A DNA stretch of 64,000 nt from Candidatus Dormiibacterota bacterium (lineage in GTDB: Bacteria; Chloroflexota; Dormibacteria; Dormibacterales; Dormibacteraceae): positions 33,784 to 97,783 of the forward strand of contig PLYZ01000067.1 in assembly GCA_003151935.1 (NCBI GenBank). Direction: 5' to 3'. This document shows positions 61,606 to 64,000 of the stretch, piece after piece. The position numbers and the translations under genes are program-made. Position 1 is the first letter of the stretch. The number at the start of each line of letters is the position of its first letter. The notes beneath the pieces are model-generated. The model was not told the origin of the DNA. It searched no databases and saw only the letters and a list, made by a program, of their open reading frames with translations.

Positions 61606-62450
61606 ATGTCTCGAATCCGGCACCTGGTTGAACGCGCCCAAAGCACGGTTCCCTTTCGCGTGCTGGCCGCGTACGGTGAGAGCCGGGCGAGCAACTACGC
61701 GGCCGCGCTCGCGTTCGCGGCGTTTCTCGCCATGTTTCCGATGATGCTCGGAGTGCTGTGCATCATCGGTCTCGCGATCCGGGATCCGGCCACGGAAGCC
61801 AGGTTTCAGAACCTCATCCTGCAGATCTTTCCGGGCAACGCCCAGCCAGAGCTTCAGAGCGCGATTCGCGGCGTGAGGCAATCGGCCGGCTGGTTTGGCC
61901 TCATCTCTCTCGCCGGCCTCGTCTGGAGCGCCAGCGGAATCTTCGCGGCGATGGAGTTCGCGCTGACCCAGTCTTCGGCAACAAGCAGCGGAACATGCTC
62001 CGGCAGAAGCTCATGGGCTTCGCGATGATGATGCTGCTCGTGGTCGCGCTGGGAATCACAGTGGCGGCGGACGCGGCCGGGGGGTACCTCTCGCCGTATG
62101 TGCCTTTCGCCTGGGTGTTGAGCTTCGCAATCGGCGCGGCGGTGATGGTGGTGCTGCTCGTCTTGCTCTATCGCTTTGTTCCGAATCGTACGTTCAACTT
62201 GCGCGAGGTGCTGCCTGGAGCACTCCTCGCCGGCGTGCTGATCGAAGCCCTTTCGCTTGGGTTTCCCCTCTACGCTCGGTTCGCCGGCAGCTTCAACACT
62301 TACTGGGCCCAGTTCGGCCTGTTCTTCCTCCTCGCGACGTGGTTGTACCTGCTCAGCCAGCTGCTGCTGCTGGGAGCCGTGTACAACCGGTTCCGCCTCG
62401 GACAACCCGCGATCGTGGCTGGCCGGAATCCGGCCGTGTCCACGCTCTAA
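61606..62450 (+). pseudogene. YihY/BrkB-family membrane protein interrupted by a 1-nt frameshift near 61968-61973
   Basis: Track ORFs 61606..62028 and 61758..62450 are the two halves. ...GIFAAMEFALTQ in one frame continues as VFGNKQRNMLRQKLMGF... in the other. Confidence 0.7.
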
Positions 62451-62463
62451 TGTTGCGTGTGCC

Positions 62464-63381
62464 GTGCTGAGAAGCCTGCTTCTGTGGTGCGCTCAGAATC
62501 CCTGGCTTTCGACGCACGTTCCGCAATGGGGGTTCGCGCGGCGCGCAGTCAGGCGATTCATGCCGGGGGAGGGCCTGGACGCCGCGCTTAAGGCGGCGGT
62601 CGAGTTCAAGGCGCAGGGCATCGGATCGCTCCTGACGCGCCTGGGCGAGAACGTGAAGAACCTCTCCGAAGCCGGCGATGTGGTGGAGCACTACGAGTCT
62701 TTGTTCGCCAGGGTGGCGCAGGACGGCCTGGACGCCGAGATCTCGGTCAAGCCGACGCAGCTCGGGCTGGACATCGATCCGGCGGCGGCATATTCGAACC
62801 TCGAGCGGCTCGCTCGGGCGGCCGCGAAAACGAAGAGCTTCCTGTGGATCGACATGGAAGGGAGCGCCTATACGGAGCCCACCCTGGATCTCTACAGGCG
62901 GCTGCGAGCCGATCATCCCCGCACCGGAATCGCCCTGCAGTCTTACCTCCACCGCACCGTGGATGACGTGGTCAAGCTCCTGCCGTTGAAGCCCGCGATC
63001 AGGCTCGTCAAAGGCGCCTACGCCGAGCCGCCCGCGATCGCTTTCGCTGCCAAAAAGGACGTGGACGCGAACTACCTCGCGCTCTGCACGCTCATGCTGC
63101 CGCACGTCAAGCAGGGAAAGCTGCGGCTGGTCCTCGCGACGCATGACGTGGAGCTGATCGCCAGGATCGAGCGCATCGCGCGCGCGCTTGGCCTGGAACG
63201 GGCCCGGATGGAGGTGGCGATGCTCTACGGAATCCGCGCGGACCAACAGGCGCGGCTGGCACGCGAGGGCTTCGTAGTCAAAGACCTCATCTCCTACGGC
63301 GACGCCTGGTATGCGTGGTACCTGCGCCGGCTCGCTGAGCGTCCCGCCAACGTGCTGTTCGTGGCCCGTCAGCTCTTCTAG
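62464..63381 (+). CDS. Proline dehydrogenase (monofunctional)
   Basis: ...FMPGEGLDAALKAAVEFKAQGIGSLLTRLGE...ISVKPTQLG...IRLVKGAY...MLYGIR... fits the Pro_dh pattern. GTG 62464 was chosen, just after the YihY stop. Confidence 0.85.
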   Translation: MLRSLLLWCAQNPWLSTHVPQWGFARRAVRRFMPGEGLDAALKAAVEFKAQGIGSLLTRLGENVKNLSEAGDVVEHYESLFARVAQDGLDAEISVKPTQLGLDIDPAAAYSNLERLARAAAKTKSFLWIDMEGSAYTEPTLDLYRRLRADHPRTGIALQSYLHRTVDDVVKLLPLKPAIRLVKGAYAEPPAIAFAAKKDVDANYLALCTLMLPHVKQGKLRLVLATHDVELIARIERIARALGLERARMEVAMLYGIRADQQARLAREGFVVKDLISYGDAWYAWYLRRLAERPANVLFVARQLF

Positions 63382-64000
63382 GTCTTTGTCAGAAAAAGGT
63401 CGAACTCGATAGTCACCGTCGGGTCGACGGCGGTGAAGGGCACCTGTGGAGGCGATACGCCGTAGTCGGTCATGTTGATCGCCACACTGCCGGCGATCTC
63501 GATCTTGTCCCCGACCACCTGCGCCTTGGCGGTGGCCGTCACGTCCTTGGCGACGCCGTGGATGGTGAGCTTGCCCGGCACGGTGATGTCAACCTGGGCG
63601 CTGGTCACGCTTCCGGGGATTGAGGCGGCGGACGCTGTGAATGTCGCGTTCGGAAACTACTGCACATCGAGCTGGCGGCTCACGATGCCGTCGCGCTGAC
63701 TCACGTCGCGGCCCGCCACCTGGTCGATGCTGTGAAGGCTGCCCAGGCCTGCAGTCACGGTGATGCCGTTTGCCTGGTAGCCGGTCGCGTCACCGCCGAC
63801 CGTCCACGTCCCGGTCACGCTGGAGGTTTGAGCCACGGCGTCGTGCTTGGCCGTCTCGCCCACAAAAAGCTCCTTCACGCGATAGCGGGCTTGCGAGCCG
63901 GTGGTCACCGTCCAGGTTCCGGCCAGGCTTGTCGGGGTCGCAGCAGGGCTGGCGGTCGGGCTCGCGCTCAGCGCCAGGCTTGGCGGCGAGCTGCGCAGGT
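63378..64000 (-). pseudogene. YceI-family protein with an in-frame TAG (63659-63657); gene continues past the right edge
   Basis: Track ORFs 63657..63908 and 63378..63608 share a frame. The read-through gives ...RDGIVSRQLDVQ-TAG-FPNATFTASAASIP...GKLTIHGVAKDV..., one continuous YceI domain. The upstream frame stays open to 64000. Confidence 0.65.

Noticed and set aside
1-64000. Search for tRNA (including tRNA-Sec), rRNA, CRISPR repeats and insertion sequences in the intergenic regions (6260-6463, 7638-7945, 40211-40802, 44699-44841, 51291-51936, 60086-60470, 60945-61114)
   Set aside because: I found no cloverleaf-compatible sequence, no UCA-anticodon stem-loop, no regularly spaced direct repeats and no terminal inverted repeats flanking a transposase-like ORF. 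A covariance-model scan would be needed to be certain.

Overview
GC-rich chromosomal segment with strong G/C preference at third codon positions. It holds about 70 tightly packed genes, many with 4-nt start/stop overlaps, and almost no space between convergent genes. I found no rRNA, tRNA, CRISPR array, transposase or integrase. The gene content suggests an Actinomycetota/Chloroflexota-like monoderm (inference): a coproporphyrin-dependent haem operon with HemQ and CpfC-type ferrochelatase, an F420-type LLM oxidoreductase, and a lipobox-bearing solute-binding protein. Ordinary content: HTH-hemC-hemD-hemB-hemQ-hemE-hemH; psuK-psuG; a HAAT/Liv-type ABC transporter with a divergent GntR regulator; MFS, DMT, APC, PiT and aquaporin transporters; gnd; tdh-kbl; a topoisomerase IB; a D,D-carboxypeptidase; an agmatinase/aminotransferase/amidohydrolase/Rieske-oxygenase cluster; cimA; and proline dehydrogenase. 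Main observations from reading the sequence: (1) Three genes carry an in-frame TGA exactly where homologues have a redox Cys: a DsbA/FrnE-like protein (U-P-W-C), a SelW/Rdx-like protein (C-V-P-U) and a rhodanese-CBS fusion (C-x4-U). Each TGA is followed 11-13 nt later by a hairpin, so these are probably selenoproteins mis-split by ORF calling. A fourth, ambiguous case lies in a decayed locus. (2) An unlisted 32-codon ORF with a textbook Shine-Dalgarno encodes a signal-peptide-like pro-peptide. It lies directly upstream of an XRE-HTH+TPR protein and next to an orphan multi-TM histidine kinase, which is an RRNPP-like peptide-signalling architecture. (3) An Ile-rich 18-codon leader peptide plus an intrinsic terminator that buries the SD sits upstream of citramalate synthase. 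(4) A circularly permuted ATP-grasp / alpha-E / transglutaminase system has two extra divergent transglutaminase-like genes. (5) An eRF1/Vms1-like (baeRF) protein is present. (6) Several decayed or interrupted genes are present, and three convergent gene pairs share overlapping stop codons in a CTAG/CTAA tetranucleotide.
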